Shown piece after piece: positions 20,420 through 29,614 of a stretch of 64,000 nt of DNA. Every line of letters starts with the position of its first letter. Position 1 is the first letter of the stretch. The notes under the pieces are model-generated. The model saw only the letters and a program-made list of their open reading frames with translations. It ran no database searches and was not told the origin of the DNA. The stretch is from a virus. Lineage: Duplodnaviria; Caudoviricetes. The position numbers and the translations under genes were made by a program. The stretch spans positions 1-64,000 of IMG/VR virus record IMGVR_UViG_3300028603_000017. One strand, written 5' to 3'.

Positions 20420-22885
20420 ATGGCTGATCCTCTTTACGACAGAGTAATATTACAGCTAAGAGCTAAGTCTGGATTTACTGGCCTGATGAATCAGGCCAGA
20501 ATGTTTGATGACGCTTTTGTAGTAGGTGAAGACAGAATAAGTGATGAGCATGGATTCTTAAATGATCATTCATTTAAGCTAGATAAGACAGCTAACTTAT
20601 TTACTTCTTTTTCTACTTTCTTTTATAGGAACTTAGCAACTCAGATGAATATGACATTTGAGTGTAGAATTAGATTTAATACTTTAACTGAAAACGCTTT
20701 TATTTGTCAGTTAAACAGCAGTACTGCTTCGAATAGTAGGGTGTTTGGCGTATCATCAGCTGGTAAAATGGTGTATTATAGCAACACTAGTGCCAATGCT
20801 ACACAAACAGGCTCAGCCGTAATAACAACAAACACAGATTATCATTTAGCATTTGTAAGAACGTACAACGGTACTACCATCGGTGGTAAATTGTTGATGT
20901 TTTTAGATGGTGTTAAAGTATTTGATGCATCAAATACCACATATACTAAAAAAACAGTTTCTGATACAACCAGTTACATTATACTGGGTGGATCTAGGTG
21001 GCAAGCTAATAATAGAGTAGACGGCTATATTGATGATGTCAGAATAACTCTTTACGATAGATATAGAGAAAATTTTACACCACCTACGAATGATGACTTT
21101 ACAGAACCAGATACACCTAACTGGTATATAGAAAGACCTTCTAGAGAAGGTAAAACTAGGTTGCCAACTGATAATATCAATTGGCAGGCCGCGCCATCTA
21201 AATCTACTTACTTTATACCTACTTATACCAAGAAGTTAGATATATCAAACCCAACAATTGGTACAGATATTCAGCTGCCATCAACACAGATAATAGTATC
21301 TAGTCAAGAAAAGTATGAGTATAGAAATGTGTATGGGCAGCACAATATCGAAGCTACTGTTCTGATAGATAATGAACCTGTACCTAACACACATGTTCAT
21401 CTCATGCTTAGATCTAATAAAAAAATTATTAGATCTACTATATCAGATGAATACGGTAATTATTCTTTTAAGAATGTTCCAGCCAATACCGATTTTGTTA
21501 TTTATGCTGAAGACAGTATAGCAAAACCTACTAATTTAAGAAAGAACGCTTATGTTAGAGACTTTGTTAGATTAGCATCTAAACAGGTTTGTATTGTAGG
21601 TAATAGAAATATACAAAATATTGAAAAGTTTACTTTAAAAGCTTATGGTTTAACAGAACCTACTACTTTTACTTTTAAACCTACGGCAAATATTACATAT
21701 TCTGTTGCTAGCATTACTTTAACGCCTGAGACTAATACCGAAGAGTTTTCTATAATGGCTAGTGAGCCTGGTGTTTATACCTTAGATGTTAATGAAACAA
21801 ATGGTTTTGAAGTAGTGGCTAAAACTATTGTCAATCAAGGCAGTGGTGTAATTGATCCTGTTATGATAGGATATCCTCACATTGATGGTGGGATATATGT
21901 TGGCGATACATTAACAGTAACTCCGGCAGTACTATTCAGTATACCTACTGCTACAATGAGTTATCAGTGGTTAAGAGACGGACTACCAATTGCTGGTCAA
22001 ACTAGTTTGACTTATACATTAACTCAGGACGATCCTAATCACCAGATATCTGTTGAGCAGACTGCCACAGTAAATGGAAATGATTATATTAGATCTAGCA
22101 ATAAGGTTAATCCTTTTACTGATATAACGCAACATGTGAAGTCATTATATACTAAATACGGTGCGGTTGGCGGCATGTATGACATGCTGGATAAGTCTAC
22201 GCTATATTCAGATAGTAATGGTTTAACACCCATTGCCGATGTTGGTAATGATCCCGTTCTATTTGTAATGGATATTTCTGGTAATAATCTTCACTTACAC
22301 CAGAACAATATCAATAATGCTGTACTTAGTACGGAAGCTGGTTTAACAAATAACAGTAGTACTGATTTATTCTTAGAATTCAGTGATAAGATAATTCCAG
22401 TATCACAGCAAGATGTCGAAAGTACAACGTACGATGGTTTTACAATAGCGTATTCTGGAACAAACAACGGCGGGGCTTGGATGTTTTTATTTTTTTTATA
22501 CCAAACTCAAAGCTTTGTTCCATACTTTGGTATTAGAGGTAGTGGTAGTGGAGGTTTTGAAACTAATTTTAAGTCTAGTTCGAAATCAGATGGCAACTCA
22601 ACCATATTTGTCAACACTGGGTCTATTGATCCAGAGCTCGTTGGACAGAGAATAAGCTGTGTTGGTAAGCTTCGAAAAATAGGAGCTATTAGCATTGAAA
22701 CAATTAATAAAGTAGCTACAAATCCTTTATATTCTAAATCGATTTATTTGCCGACGAATTTTGATAGTGCTAGATTATTTGAGGGTGGCTACAATATTAC
22801 GTGTTCTAGATTAATGTTTATTAATTGCGAAATGTCTGATGAGGATAATAATTTAGTTAAACAATGGATTGATGGCAGTCCATAA
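20420..22885 (+). CDS. Multidomain tail protein: LamG, carboxypeptidase-regulatory-like, Ig repeats, C-terminal lectin-like domain
   Basis: AAGGAG RBS before ATG 20420. GYIDDVRIT..RY.ENFTPP, SDEYGNYSF and YQWLRDG.PI.G motifs. Confidence 0.75.
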   Translation: MADPLYDRVILQLRAKSGFTGLMNQARMFDDAFVVGEDRISDEHGFLNDHSFKLDKTANLFTSFSTFFYRNLATQMNMTFECRIRFNTLTENAFICQLNSSTASNSRVFGVSSAGKMVYYSNTSANATQTGSAVITTNTDYHLAFVRTYNGTTIGGKLLMFLDGVKVFDASNTTYTKKTVSDTTSYIILGGSRWQANNRVDGYIDDVRITLYDRYRENFTPPTNDDFTEPDTPNWYIERPSREGKTRLPTDNINWQAAPSKSTYFIPTYTKKLDISNPTIGTDIQLPSTQIIVSSQEKYEYRNVYGQHNIEATVLIDNEPVPNTHVHLMLRSNKKIIRSTISDEYGNYSFKNVPANTDFVIYAEDSIAKPTNLRKNAYVRDFVRLASKQVCIVGNRNIQNIEKFTLKAYGLTEPTTFTFKPTANITYSVASITLTPETNTEEFSIMASEPGVYTLDVNETNGFEVVAKTIVNQGSGVIDPVMIGYPHIDGGIYVGDTLTVTPAVLFSIPTATMSYQWLRDGLPIAGQTSLTYTLTQDDPNHQISVEQTATVNGNDYIRSSNKVNPFTDITQHVKSLYTKYGAVGGMYDMLDKSTLYSDSNGLTPIADVGNDPVLFVMDISGNNLHLHQNNINNAVLSTEAGLTNNSSTDLFLEFSDKIIPVSQQDVESTTYDGFTIAYSGTNNGGAWMFLFFLYQTQSFVPYFGIRGSGSGGFETNFKSSSKSDGNSTIFVNTGSIDPELVGQRISCVGKLRKIGAISIETINKVATNPLYSKSIYLPTNFDSARLFEGGYNITCSRLMFINCEMSDEDNNLVKQWIDGSP

Positions 22886-22896
22886 CTTATAACGCC

Positions 22897-22934
22897 ATAT
22901 ATTCCAGGTAGAATTAATTCTACCTGGAATATAT
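22897..22934. terminator. Intergenic palindrome H7
   Basis: atatattccaggtagaattaattctacctggaatatat. Confidence 0.75.
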
Positions 22935-23056
22935 TTCCTAACTTGAAAAAGAGATATCTATGATTATTAATAATCTTTGTATTTGTAGGCATTCCACTAC
23001 CCTCCCCTCCCCCCTTAACACCATAAGTTTTCTCTCAGCTATTCGAGGTATACTCA

Positions 23057-23620
23057 ATGGCTGAGATTATACCGCTTAAATTAATTAATCTAGGCGATGG
23101 TAATGGTAAGGTGCAAGAATACCAGCCTGGTGATATAATTCATCCAGACCACTTACCACCTAAGTTTGAGTATGGGTGGTCACCTACCACATTTTATACT
23201 TCGTCAGGTTCGTCGTTTAATATTTCAATTCCGGCTGACGTAAATGAGATTTCATTAGCCATAATGTTAAATTTGTCCTCAGCCGGATCAATCTATTTTA
23301 GATTAGGTGATTTGGGTGGTATAAAAACATCAGGTTACGAATCAGTAGCGACCTCATGGACCGGCGGAACGCCTATCAATCTTAGTGATAGGTTTCAGTC
23401 TTGGGTTAATGCAGTAAGTCATAGAGGAGAGTTGAGATTAATTAGACATGTGTCTACAAATCAAAATTGGTTTATTAATGGTACTATATATGGGGTGAAC
23501 GCTAATAATATATCTGTTCTTAGTGGTTTGTTATATCTTCCAAATATGTTGACCACCATTAATTTCTCTACACCTGGATCATTTGCTGCTGGGTTTGTCG
23601 GTTTACGTTATAGGTATTAA
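23057..23620 (+). CDS. Putative tail tip/fibre protein
   Basis: PLKL...G.G..QEYQPGD N-terminus and beta-rich C-terminal domain (FRLGD.GG..TSGY). Confidence 0.55.
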   Translation: MAEIIPLKLINLGDGNGKVQEYQPGDIIHPDHLPPKFEYGWSPTTFYTSSGSSFNISIPADVNEISLAIMLNLSSAGSIYFRLGDLGGIKTSGYESVATSWTGGTPINLSDRFQSWVNAVSHRGELRLIRHVSTNQNWFINGTIYGVNANNISVLSGLLYLPNMLTTINFSTPGSFAAGFVGLRYRY

Positions 23621-23645
23621 CTACTTACTTCAAAAGGAAATTAGC

Positions 23646-23783
23646 ATGTTAAGTATTACTACAGCATAATTTTCCCTTGTTTGTGGCAGATGTTATTTAA
23701 CCAGCGATATTACTACTATTCGACTAATTGCAGAAAGTGTGAATTTTACTGCTGGTAGTTACGGTATTAGATGGCGATATTAA
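23646..23783 (+). pseudogene. Internally deleted paralog of ORF 23057-23620
   Basis: AAGGA + ATG, MLSITTA*, then in frame FSLVCGRCYLTSDITTIRLIAESVNFTAGSYGIRWRY*, aligning to ISVLSGLLYLPNMLTTINFSTPGSFAAGFVGLRYRY*. Confidence 0.75.
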
Positions 23784-23792
23784 ATTAACGTA

Positions 23793-23832
23793 ATGAGTAT
23801 AATGTGTAGTTTTTACTACACATTATACTCAT
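23793..23832. terminator. Intergenic palindrome H8
   Basis: atgagtataatgtgtagt-tttt-actacacattatactcat, then atgccg. Confidence 0.75.
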
Positions 23833-23849
23833 ATGCCGTAATATAAAGG

Positions 23850-24614
23850 ATGAAATTAATGACAAAAGGAAAACTCATTGCTATTGAAGGTATTGATGGT
23901 GTAGGTAAAAACACTCAGGCCAAACTTTTACATCAACACATTGTTGAGACTAAAGGAGAGTGTGGATTCTTTAGTTTTCCTAGATACGATACCCCTACAG
24001 GTAAGATTATTGGCGAATATCTAAAGTCAGGTAGAGATGATTTAGATCTACGTGGTAGAGCAAAGCTCTATGCCGACGATCGTTTAGCTGCTAAAGATGA
24101 AATCAACTCCTATCTAGAGCGTGGAGTAGATGTCGTTTGTGATCGCTATATTACCAGCAACATTGTTTACTTTGAACAATTTGCTCGCATGGATCATCCT
24201 GAACTGGTAGATGTTATTGGTAAAGAAATTGAACACAATGAGTTTGTGATCAATGGAATTCCAAAGATTGATCAACTCATTACTTTGACAGCCAGTTTAG
24301 ATCACTTTAATTCCATGATGGAATCTAAAACCGAGCGAGAATACACTGCTGATAAACTTGACAAACATGAAGCCAATTTTGAACTCATCAAAGGCTGTCA
24401 TGAACTCTATGGTAAATATGGATTAGAAAAAGGTATTGTAGTTATTTGTGACAGTGATGGTCTGATGTTGAAAATTGAAACTATACATCAAGCCGTGAAA
24501 TATATTTATCAATTATATATTTATCAATTGGATAAATATTTACTAAATAATCAAACGTTTATATTTAATCATGTTGATAAATATTGGATGACTTATAAAC
24601 AATATATGCAATGA
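23850..24614 (+). CDS. tmk: Thymidylate kinase
   Basis: IAIEGIDGVGKNTQ P-loop, FPRY, LYADDR, VVCDRY. Confidence 0.92.
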   Translation: MKLMTKGKLIAIEGIDGVGKNTQAKLLHQHIVETKGECGFFSFPRYDTPTGKIIGEYLKSGRDDLDLRGRAKLYADDRLAAKDEINSYLERGVDVVCDRYITSNIVYFEQFARMDHPELVDVIGKEIEHNEFVINGIPKIDQLITLTASLDHFNSMMESKTEREYTADKLDKHEANFELIKGCHELYGKYGLEKGIVVICDSDGLMLKIETIHQAVKYIYQLYIYQLDKYLLNNQTFIFNHVDKYWMTYKQYMQ

Positions 24615-24916
24615 AATTTGTAACAAGTAGAGTACAAGATTGTGATTACCGAGCCGATCGAAAAACACCTCTCGGTAATCCATTCAAAATGTATTCGGAA
24701 GATCAAAGAGATTCAGTGTGTGATCAATATCAAAATATGTTTGATTACAAAATAGCTGACTTTGATCCTACTTACATATATTGGTTAAGAGACATTAAAC
24801 AAAAGGCAATTGAATCTGGTAAACCTATTTTTAAAATAGGCTGTCACTGCGCACCCAGACGATGTCATGTGGATACAATAGTTAATTTTCTAAATAACCA
24901 TATTAACAGTATTTAA
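24611..24916 (+). CDS. DUF4326 family protein
   Basis: DRKTPLGNPF and GCHCAPRRCH.D motifs. Confidence 0.8.
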   Translation: MKFVTSRVQDCDYRADRKTPLGNPFKMYSEDQRDSVCDQYQNMFDYKIADFDPTYIYWLRDIKQKAIESGKPIFKIGCHCAPRRCHVDTIVNFLNNHINSI

Positions 24917-24918
24917 TT

Positions 24919-25797
24919 ATGCGTCAAGACTTAATTGATTGGATTCAATCTACTAGTTTAAAAGAATCTATTGATTGGATCTATAATTCATTAATCTCTA
25001 CTGGATATACGACTGAACAATTCGAAGATGAATTAATACACGTATATCAAAAGCAAGCTATTGATTATCTAGTCAATAAAGATAAAGATAAAAATACAAC
25101 AACAGATGCCGTAATTGTAAAAGATACACCAATGGTTACTTCAGATAAATACGCCGACATACAAACTAAAGATACGAATAAACTCATATTAGATGGCAGA
25201 GTCTGTAATATTCTAGTAGATGTTAAACTACCTAGAGTAGTGGTATTGGATAATTTCCTATCTAATGCAGAGTGTGAAGAGATTATCAATATAGCCAAAC
25301 CAGAGATTAAACGCTCTAAGGTAGTCAATAGAGAGGCTCCTGGCTCTAAAGTAGACGACGCTAGAACATCTTCAGGTATGTTTATATCTAAAGGTTTTAA
25401 CGACTTAATTAGCGATATAGAAAACAGAGTATCTTTATTGACTAATTGGCCTGTATCTCACCAAGAGTCTACTCAAGTATTAAACTATCAGCCTGGTCAA
25501 GAATATAAACCCCATAACGACTACTTTAATCTTGAGTCTCCCAATACTCCATCTACATTAGCTAGAGGTGGACAAAGAATAGGTACGCTCGTTATGTACC
25601 TCAACGATTGCGGTGCTGGTGGTGGTACTATCTTTCCTGAATCAGGTATTGAAGTAAAACCTAAAAGAGGACTAGCAGTATTCTTTGGCTATCCTACTCA
25701 TGATAAAGCTAGTAAGACACTCCATGGTGGAATGCCTGTAGTGTCTGGTGAAAAGTGGATAGCTGTTAAATGGTTAAGACAATCCAAATTTAGTTAG
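24919..25797 (+). CDS. 2OG-Fe(II) oxygenase, prolyl 4-hydroxylase-like
   Basis: FLS.AECE, RTSSGMF, YKPHNDYF (HxD), GQRIGTLVMYLN, LHGGMPV..GEKW.A.KW. Confidence 0.92.
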   Translation: MRQDLIDWIQSTSLKESIDWIYNSLISTGYTTEQFEDELIHVYQKQAIDYLVNKDKDKNTTTDAVIVKDTPMVTSDKYADIQTKDTNKLILDGRVCNILVDVKLPRVVVLDNFLSNAECEEIINIAKPEIKRSKVVNREAPGSKVDDARTSSGMFISKGFNDLISDIENRVSLLTNWPVSHQESTQVLNYQPGQEYKPHNDYFNLESPNTPSTLARGGQRIGTLVMYLNDCGAGGGTIFPESGIEVKPKRGLAVFFGYPTHDKASKTLHGGMPVVSGEKWIAVKWLRQSKFS

Positions 25798-25839
25798 AAA
25801 TATATTATTATAGTGGTCTAACTAAATTATTCTCCTAAC

Positions 25840-26235
25840 ATGGAACAGTCTAAATTTTTTGCATCTTCTCATCGGCCAAAAAATGAACCAGATGTTTTGA
25901 ATAACACTCTTGTTGTTCAGACTTTTATCAGTAAAATAATTTCAGAACAATATAGTAGTTACTGTATCCTAGTAGATAGCTATAGCAAAGTTAAAGATCT
26001 TAATAAGTTATTTATTGAGCAATATGAGACTGTTCCTGATTGGTTAAAGCCAAAGATAAAAAAGAAGCTCATTACCAGAATTGAGTTTAGTAATTACAAC
26101 AAAATGTATTTCATTCATAATCCTCGAATAGCTAAATGCTTAACTTTTAGCCAATGCATTTATTTAGGGGATATTGAAAATTATAATGCTGACTATATAT
26201 TTTTAGTAAATCAAGCGTCGTTAAGAAATAATTAA
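25840..26235 (+). CDS. Hypothetical protein resembling a degenerate T4-type terminase ATPase segment
   Basis: YETVPDWLKP.....RIEFSN..K...IYLGD resembles the gp17 YExLPxWL...SIELENGS...I.IDE region. No Walker A motif. Confidence 0.4.
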   Translation: MEQSKFFASSHRPKNEPDVLNNTLVVQTFISKIISEQYSSYCILVDSYSKVKDLNKLFIEQYETVPDWLKPKIKKKLITRIEFSNYNKMYFIHNPRIAKCLTFSQCIYLGDIENYNADYIFLVNQASLRNN

Positions 26236-26259
26236 TTTATAAAAAGGAAATATTTAAGA

Positions 26260-26901
26260 ATGCTAATGTCTGACAAGTGGATCAAAGAACAAGCCGAGAA
26301 CAACGGGATGATCACACCCTATTTTGATCATTCCATAAAGACTTTCCCTGACGGTAGGAAAATTCCTTCATTCGGCCAATCAACAGCAGGCTATGATATC
26401 CGTCTAGGTAGAAACTTTACTTTCTTCAAAAATGATTTTGATATCCATAGTGCGATTGAATACGGTAGAGGAAACTCAACTTTATATCAAGATGTTCCTA
26501 GATACAATAAAGAATTTGTAGATATTCTTGACTTTGATAAAGAAGCTACTTTCGAAATCAATGATGTAGATTGGATTATTCTACCTCCTCACTCATTTAC
26601 TCTAGCTCATGCTGAGGAACATCTGAATATTCCTAGAGATGTTTCTGTTGTTTGTATGAACAAGAGTACTTGGGCAAGAACAGGCGTGATGTTAAACGTA
26701 ACTCCTGGGGAACCTCTTTGGAGTGGATATCTAACACTTGAGATTAGTAATACCACCAATCTACCTGTCAAGATCTGGACTGGTATTGGTGTGGTACAGC
26801 TTCAGTTCTTCAAGTTAGATCAAGAACCATCCGTCAGTTACGCTGATCGTAATGGTAAATATCAGAACCAACCTAAGACACCTGTTTTAGCAACAAATTA
26901 A
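26260..26901 (+). CDS. dcd: dCTP deaminase
   Basis: MSDKWI, SFGQSTAGYDIRL, KSTWARTG, VTPGEP.WSGYLTLE, YADRNGKYQNQ. Confidence 0.95.
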   Translation: MLMSDKWIKEQAENNGMITPYFDHSIKTFPDGRKIPSFGQSTAGYDIRLGRNFTFFKNDFDIHSAIEYGRGNSTLYQDVPRYNKEFVDILDFDKEATFEINDVDWIILPPHSFTLAHAEEHLNIPRDVSVVCMNKSTWARTGVMLNVTPGEPLWSGYLTLEISNTTNLPVKIWTGIGVVQLQFFKLDQEPSVSYADRNGKYQNQPKTPVLATN

Positions 26902-26908
26902 TTTAGTA

Positions 26909-26951
26909 ACATATATGCTAGATAGGGTTAAACCCTATCTAGCATATATGT
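26909..26951. terminator. Intergenic palindrome H9
   Basis: acatatatgctagatagggtt-a-aaccctatctagcatatatgt. Confidence 0.8.
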
Positions 26952-26965
26952 CGTCAAAATCTTAA

Positions 26966-27006
26966 TCAAAATAATCTCAACCATATATTGTAAACACGAA
27001 TAGGAA
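26966..27006 (+). promoter_or_regulatory. Putative phage early promoter (copy 1)
   Basis: tcaaaataatctcaaccatatattgtaaacacgaataggaa is 33/41 identical to 61663-61703. Heads a GC-richer island. The TATATTG core resembles the phiKZ early motif TATATTAC. Confidence 0.75.
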
Positions 27007-27048
27007 ACAATAGTGTTTCTTAAATGGTTTCTTTAGGAGAATTGAAAA

Positions 27049-27393
27049 ATGTATAAAATCGCATTCATCCCGGAGGACACCACAACACACCATCGAAGGA
27101 AAACTGTTATGACTGAAGAAGCTCTAGTAAAAATCCTCAAAATTCTTGCTCCTTTGAAAGTTGAGCAAGAAGAAGAGCGTCTGAAGCGTCTGGTAGATGC
27201 TAAGATCAATGTCGAAACCGCACTATTCGTGAATCGCAAGATTCACGAATACAACACACAGGGTGTGGTGGATTCTCTCCTCACACCTACTGTCAAGCTC
27301 AAGAACTACTATCAAAAGTTTGCTCACGAGCAAGACCCTAAATACGAAGCTAAGTGCTTCAAAATGATCGCTCGTATCGAGCGCTGGAAATAA
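27049..27393 (+). CDS. Hypothetical early protein (alternative start 27109)
   Basis: AGGAG RBS; codon usage rich in C-ending codons. Confidence 0.7.
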   Translation: MYKIAFIPEDTTTHHRRKTVMTEEALVKILKILAPLKVEQEEERLKRLVDAKINVETALFVNRKIHEYNTQGVVDSLLTPTVKLKNYYQKFAHEQDPKYEAKCFKMIARIERWK

Positions 27394-27400
27394 CACACTC

Positions 27401-27432
27401 CAAGGAGTCAACCATGCAAGGAGTCAATCATG
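27401..27432 (+). repeat. 16-nt tandem duplication of RBS plus ATG
   Basis: caaggagtcaaccatg caaggagtcaatcatg. Confidence 0.85.
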
Positions 27433-27618
27433 AACAAAGCCTTTTACCAAGAACGCATTAAGAGCCTGCAGGCTCGGATGCAGTCCCTCATCCACTACCG
27501 GAACAAGTTCTTGGATCAATACAAGACCAAGAAAGCTCTGATCATCCAACGCGAGATTGACGCTACCAAACATCAGATCCAAAAGACCGTCACCAAAGCT
27601 GCTTTTGCAGTGGAGTAA
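27430..27618 (+). CDS. Hypothetical basic coiled-coil early protein
   Basis: AAGGAG RBS; 62 aa. Confidence 0.75.
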   Translation: MNKAFYQERIKSLQARMQSLIHYRNKFLDQYKTKKALIIQREIDATKHQIQKTVTKAAFAVE

Positions 27619-27622
27619 CAAA

Positions 27623-27835
27623 ATGACCACCAACCTCCAAAGCGAATCCTTCTTGTTTGACAAGGAGGACGACTTGTCTGACATGTCTCAAGAAGAATTC
27701 GATCTTTGGGTGAAATCCCAAATCGATCAAATAAACGGCATGATCAGGCGCAAGCCTCAACCTGTCAGAAAAGAGGTCAAATCGACCAAAAAGTTTGATG
27801 GGTTCTTTTCATCTTTTCGTTTCATTTTCGCCTGA
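27623..27835 (+). CDS. Hypothetical early protein (MTTNLQSESF...)
   Basis: GGAG upstream of ATG 27623; 70 aa. Confidence 0.7.
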   Translation: MTTNLQSESFLFDKEDDLSDMSQEEFDLWVKSQIDQINGMIRRKPQPVRKEVKSTKKFDGFFSSFRFIFA

Positions 27836-27845
27836 AAGGCAAACC

Positions 27846-27983
27846 ATGTACAGCATCAAAAAGACCAAGGAAGGTTGGATTGTCTTGTCTCCCGAAGGCA
27901 AGCGAGCTCTCGTTCCTCAAGCTTCCAAGCAAGACGCTGCTGAAGTGGCGTCCTGGTTCAACTCGATAAAGAAAGAAAAGTGA
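27846..27983 (+). CDS. Hypothetical early protein (MYSIKKTKEGWIV...)
   Basis: AAGG RBS; 45 aa; operon packing. Confidence 0.7.
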   Translation: MYSIKKTKEGWIVLSPEGKRALVPQASKQDAAEVASWFNSIKKEK

Positions 27984-28147
27984 TGTTCGTCATCTCCGGT
28001 ATTCTCATTCTCTTCGGCATGATCGTCGGTCTTCCCATCGATCCGACCGAGACCATGACCACCAGCGAAACCATTCGCTTCTTTGGTGGTTACACTATGT
28101 TCATCAGCGGTGCTGTTATCGCTGGTGTCGCTTCCGTAAAAGGATAA
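27983..28147 (+). CDS. Small two-TM membrane protein (not in ORF track)
   Basis: TGATG overlap with the upstream gene. Reads MFVISGILILFGMIVGLPIDPTETMTTSETIRFFGGYTMFISGAVIAGVASVKG*. Confidence 0.7.
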   Translation: MFVISGILILFGMIVGLPIDPTETMTTSETIRFFGGYTMFISGAVIAGVASVKG

Positions 28148-28150
28148 ACA

Positions 28151-28582
28151 GTGGACTACAAAAACTGGGTTGAAATGTACCGACGACTCGTCGGACGTAT
28201 CGAAAGAGACACCCACATGATGTCTCATTGGTACAAAAGTGGTGAGAAGATCGCCACCATGATGCCTAATGGTAAGATCGTCTTCTTCGGCGAATATGTC
28301 GGCTCTGACATGACGAAGGACGATCTGAATATCTATGCCAGCATCAAGGAAAAATCTTTCAACGAGAAGTCCTTCAACGAAGCCCAAGCTAAGGCAACTG
28401 AAGCTCGCAACAAGTTCTGGGACGAATTCAAGCGAGAACTGCTGGAATGGCACGGCATCCAAAACCATCCCAAGGCTGATAAATTCTGGGACATCTTGCG
28501 CAATAATAACGGTGATGATATTCAGGCCTTGATTGGTGATGCTGAAAAATGGGCTGAATCGCTCAAATCGATGAAAGTCTGA
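28151..28582 (+). CDS. Hypothetical early protein
   Basis: AAGGA before GTG; FKRELLEWHGI..HPKADK.W..; 143 aa. Confidence 0.75.
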   Translation: MDYKNWVEMYRRLVGRIERDTHMMSHWYKSGEKIATMMPNGKIVFFGEYVGSDMTKDDLNIYASIKEKSFNEKSFNEAQAKATEARNKFWDEFKRELLEWHGIQNHPKADKFWDILRNNNGDDIQALIGDAEKWAESLKSMKV

Positions 28583-28629
28583 CAGAATTTGCTTCACCGG
28601 CTTACGACTACGACGATGAATGAGTCGTC

Positions 28630-28672
28630 ATAGTACTGCCTAGTACCCCTACAGGGTACTAGGCAGTACTAT
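28630..28672. terminator. Palindrome H10 between convergent genes
   Basis: atagtactgcctagtaccc-ctaca-gggtactaggcagtactat, followed by a T-run. Confidence 0.85.
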
Positions 28673-28683
28673 ATATTTTTTTT

Positions 28684-29479
28684 TTATTTGGTAGGAAATG
28701 GTTTAAAATCAGGAATAAAGTCTTCTGTATATCTAATAGCTCTTGTTATTCTGATTTGATCTATGTGACCTTTATAAGAGCAGTTCCGATTCGATTGTCT
28801 GTTCATACCAATAATTAGGCTTTGTGCTGGATGATTGTCTATAGAGTTTGAATAAGTCGTACCTGCATTTGACTTACCATTGACAAACACCTTATAGTTA
28901 GTATTATCTCTCACAATAGCTAAATGCGACCATTGTCCTTCTGGTACTGTACTAGCGTTACTAGGGATACTAAGATAAATACCACTACTGGTTTGTGCCT
29001 GAATATAACCAGTTACAGCATGTACTCCATTTTGACTATTTTCTAATTCTAATTCAAATCTGTAGTTATTACTACCTCTAGTGCCGTAGAATAAAACTCC
29101 ACAATTCGTAGTAGTATAAAAATTAGCTCTAGGTTTTACATAACATTCATACGTCCACTGCGTGTGTAAAGATAATCGAATTTGTGGATTATAGCTAGGA
29201 TCAGACGATAAAAAAGAACCTTCATCTATTACTGGCTCATCACTGAAATAAATAGAACCTTTATTTGTTCCTATTAAAGATTGTTTTTTTTTTTGTATTG
29301 TAAATAGGATTTGTATATAAAGTAGGGGCTATGATTGTATTATAACTGCTTTTATCAATAAAGTTGGTAGAGCCTTCAGCCATACCCTCAGCTGTCAATA
29401 ATAAAACCACGTCGCTCCAAAGAGGGTCTCTGCGATAGTCTAGTGTAGATGCTCTACGTAGTTTGGTAGCTAAGCTCAT
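28684..29479 (-). pseudogene. LamG-domain gene (KxLRR family) frameshifted at an A11 tract
   Basis: ORF 29479-29261 (MSLATKLRR..DPLWSDVVLLL) joins ORF 28914-28684 as one stop-free 264-aa frame if the T11 at 29284-29294 is T10 (..WTYECYVKP..QWSHLAIVR..RITRAIRYTEDF.P..PFP). Confidence 0.85.
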
Positions 29480-29482
29480 ATT

Positions 29483-29533
29483 TTAGTACCATCCCCTTCC
29501 CCCAGCTGATCCTAATTTATAAGCTAGTTGCAT
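29483..29533 (-). pseudogene. Orphan N-terminus resembling the KxLRR LamG family
   Basis: MQLAYKLGSAGGRGWY* immediately upstream of the gene starting at 29479; compare MSQLSKILRRAGGG. Confidence 0.4.
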
Positions 29534-29614
29534 AATACACCTGTAAAACGATAAGACAAATAAATATGAATACTAGAATAATAAACATATACTCATATTT
29601 ATAAGGTTTGTTTC

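Noticed and set aside
22990-23030. G-rich minus-strand stretch reading KGGGEGSG as another KxLRR-family N-terminal scar or a G-quadruplex
   Set aside because: Too short, with no in-frame start and no KxLRR motif, so it cannot be supported.
538-23783. Diversity-generating retroelement acting on the Mtd-like or lectin tail genes
   Set aside because: No reverse transcriptase in the window. The C-terminal remnants differ from their paralogs at all base types, not only at adenines, so they are not TR/VR pairs.
25796-25820. TATATTATTATAGTG as a third early promoter
   Set aside because: Only the AT-rich core matches. The GAATAGGAA block and the downstream codon shift are absent.
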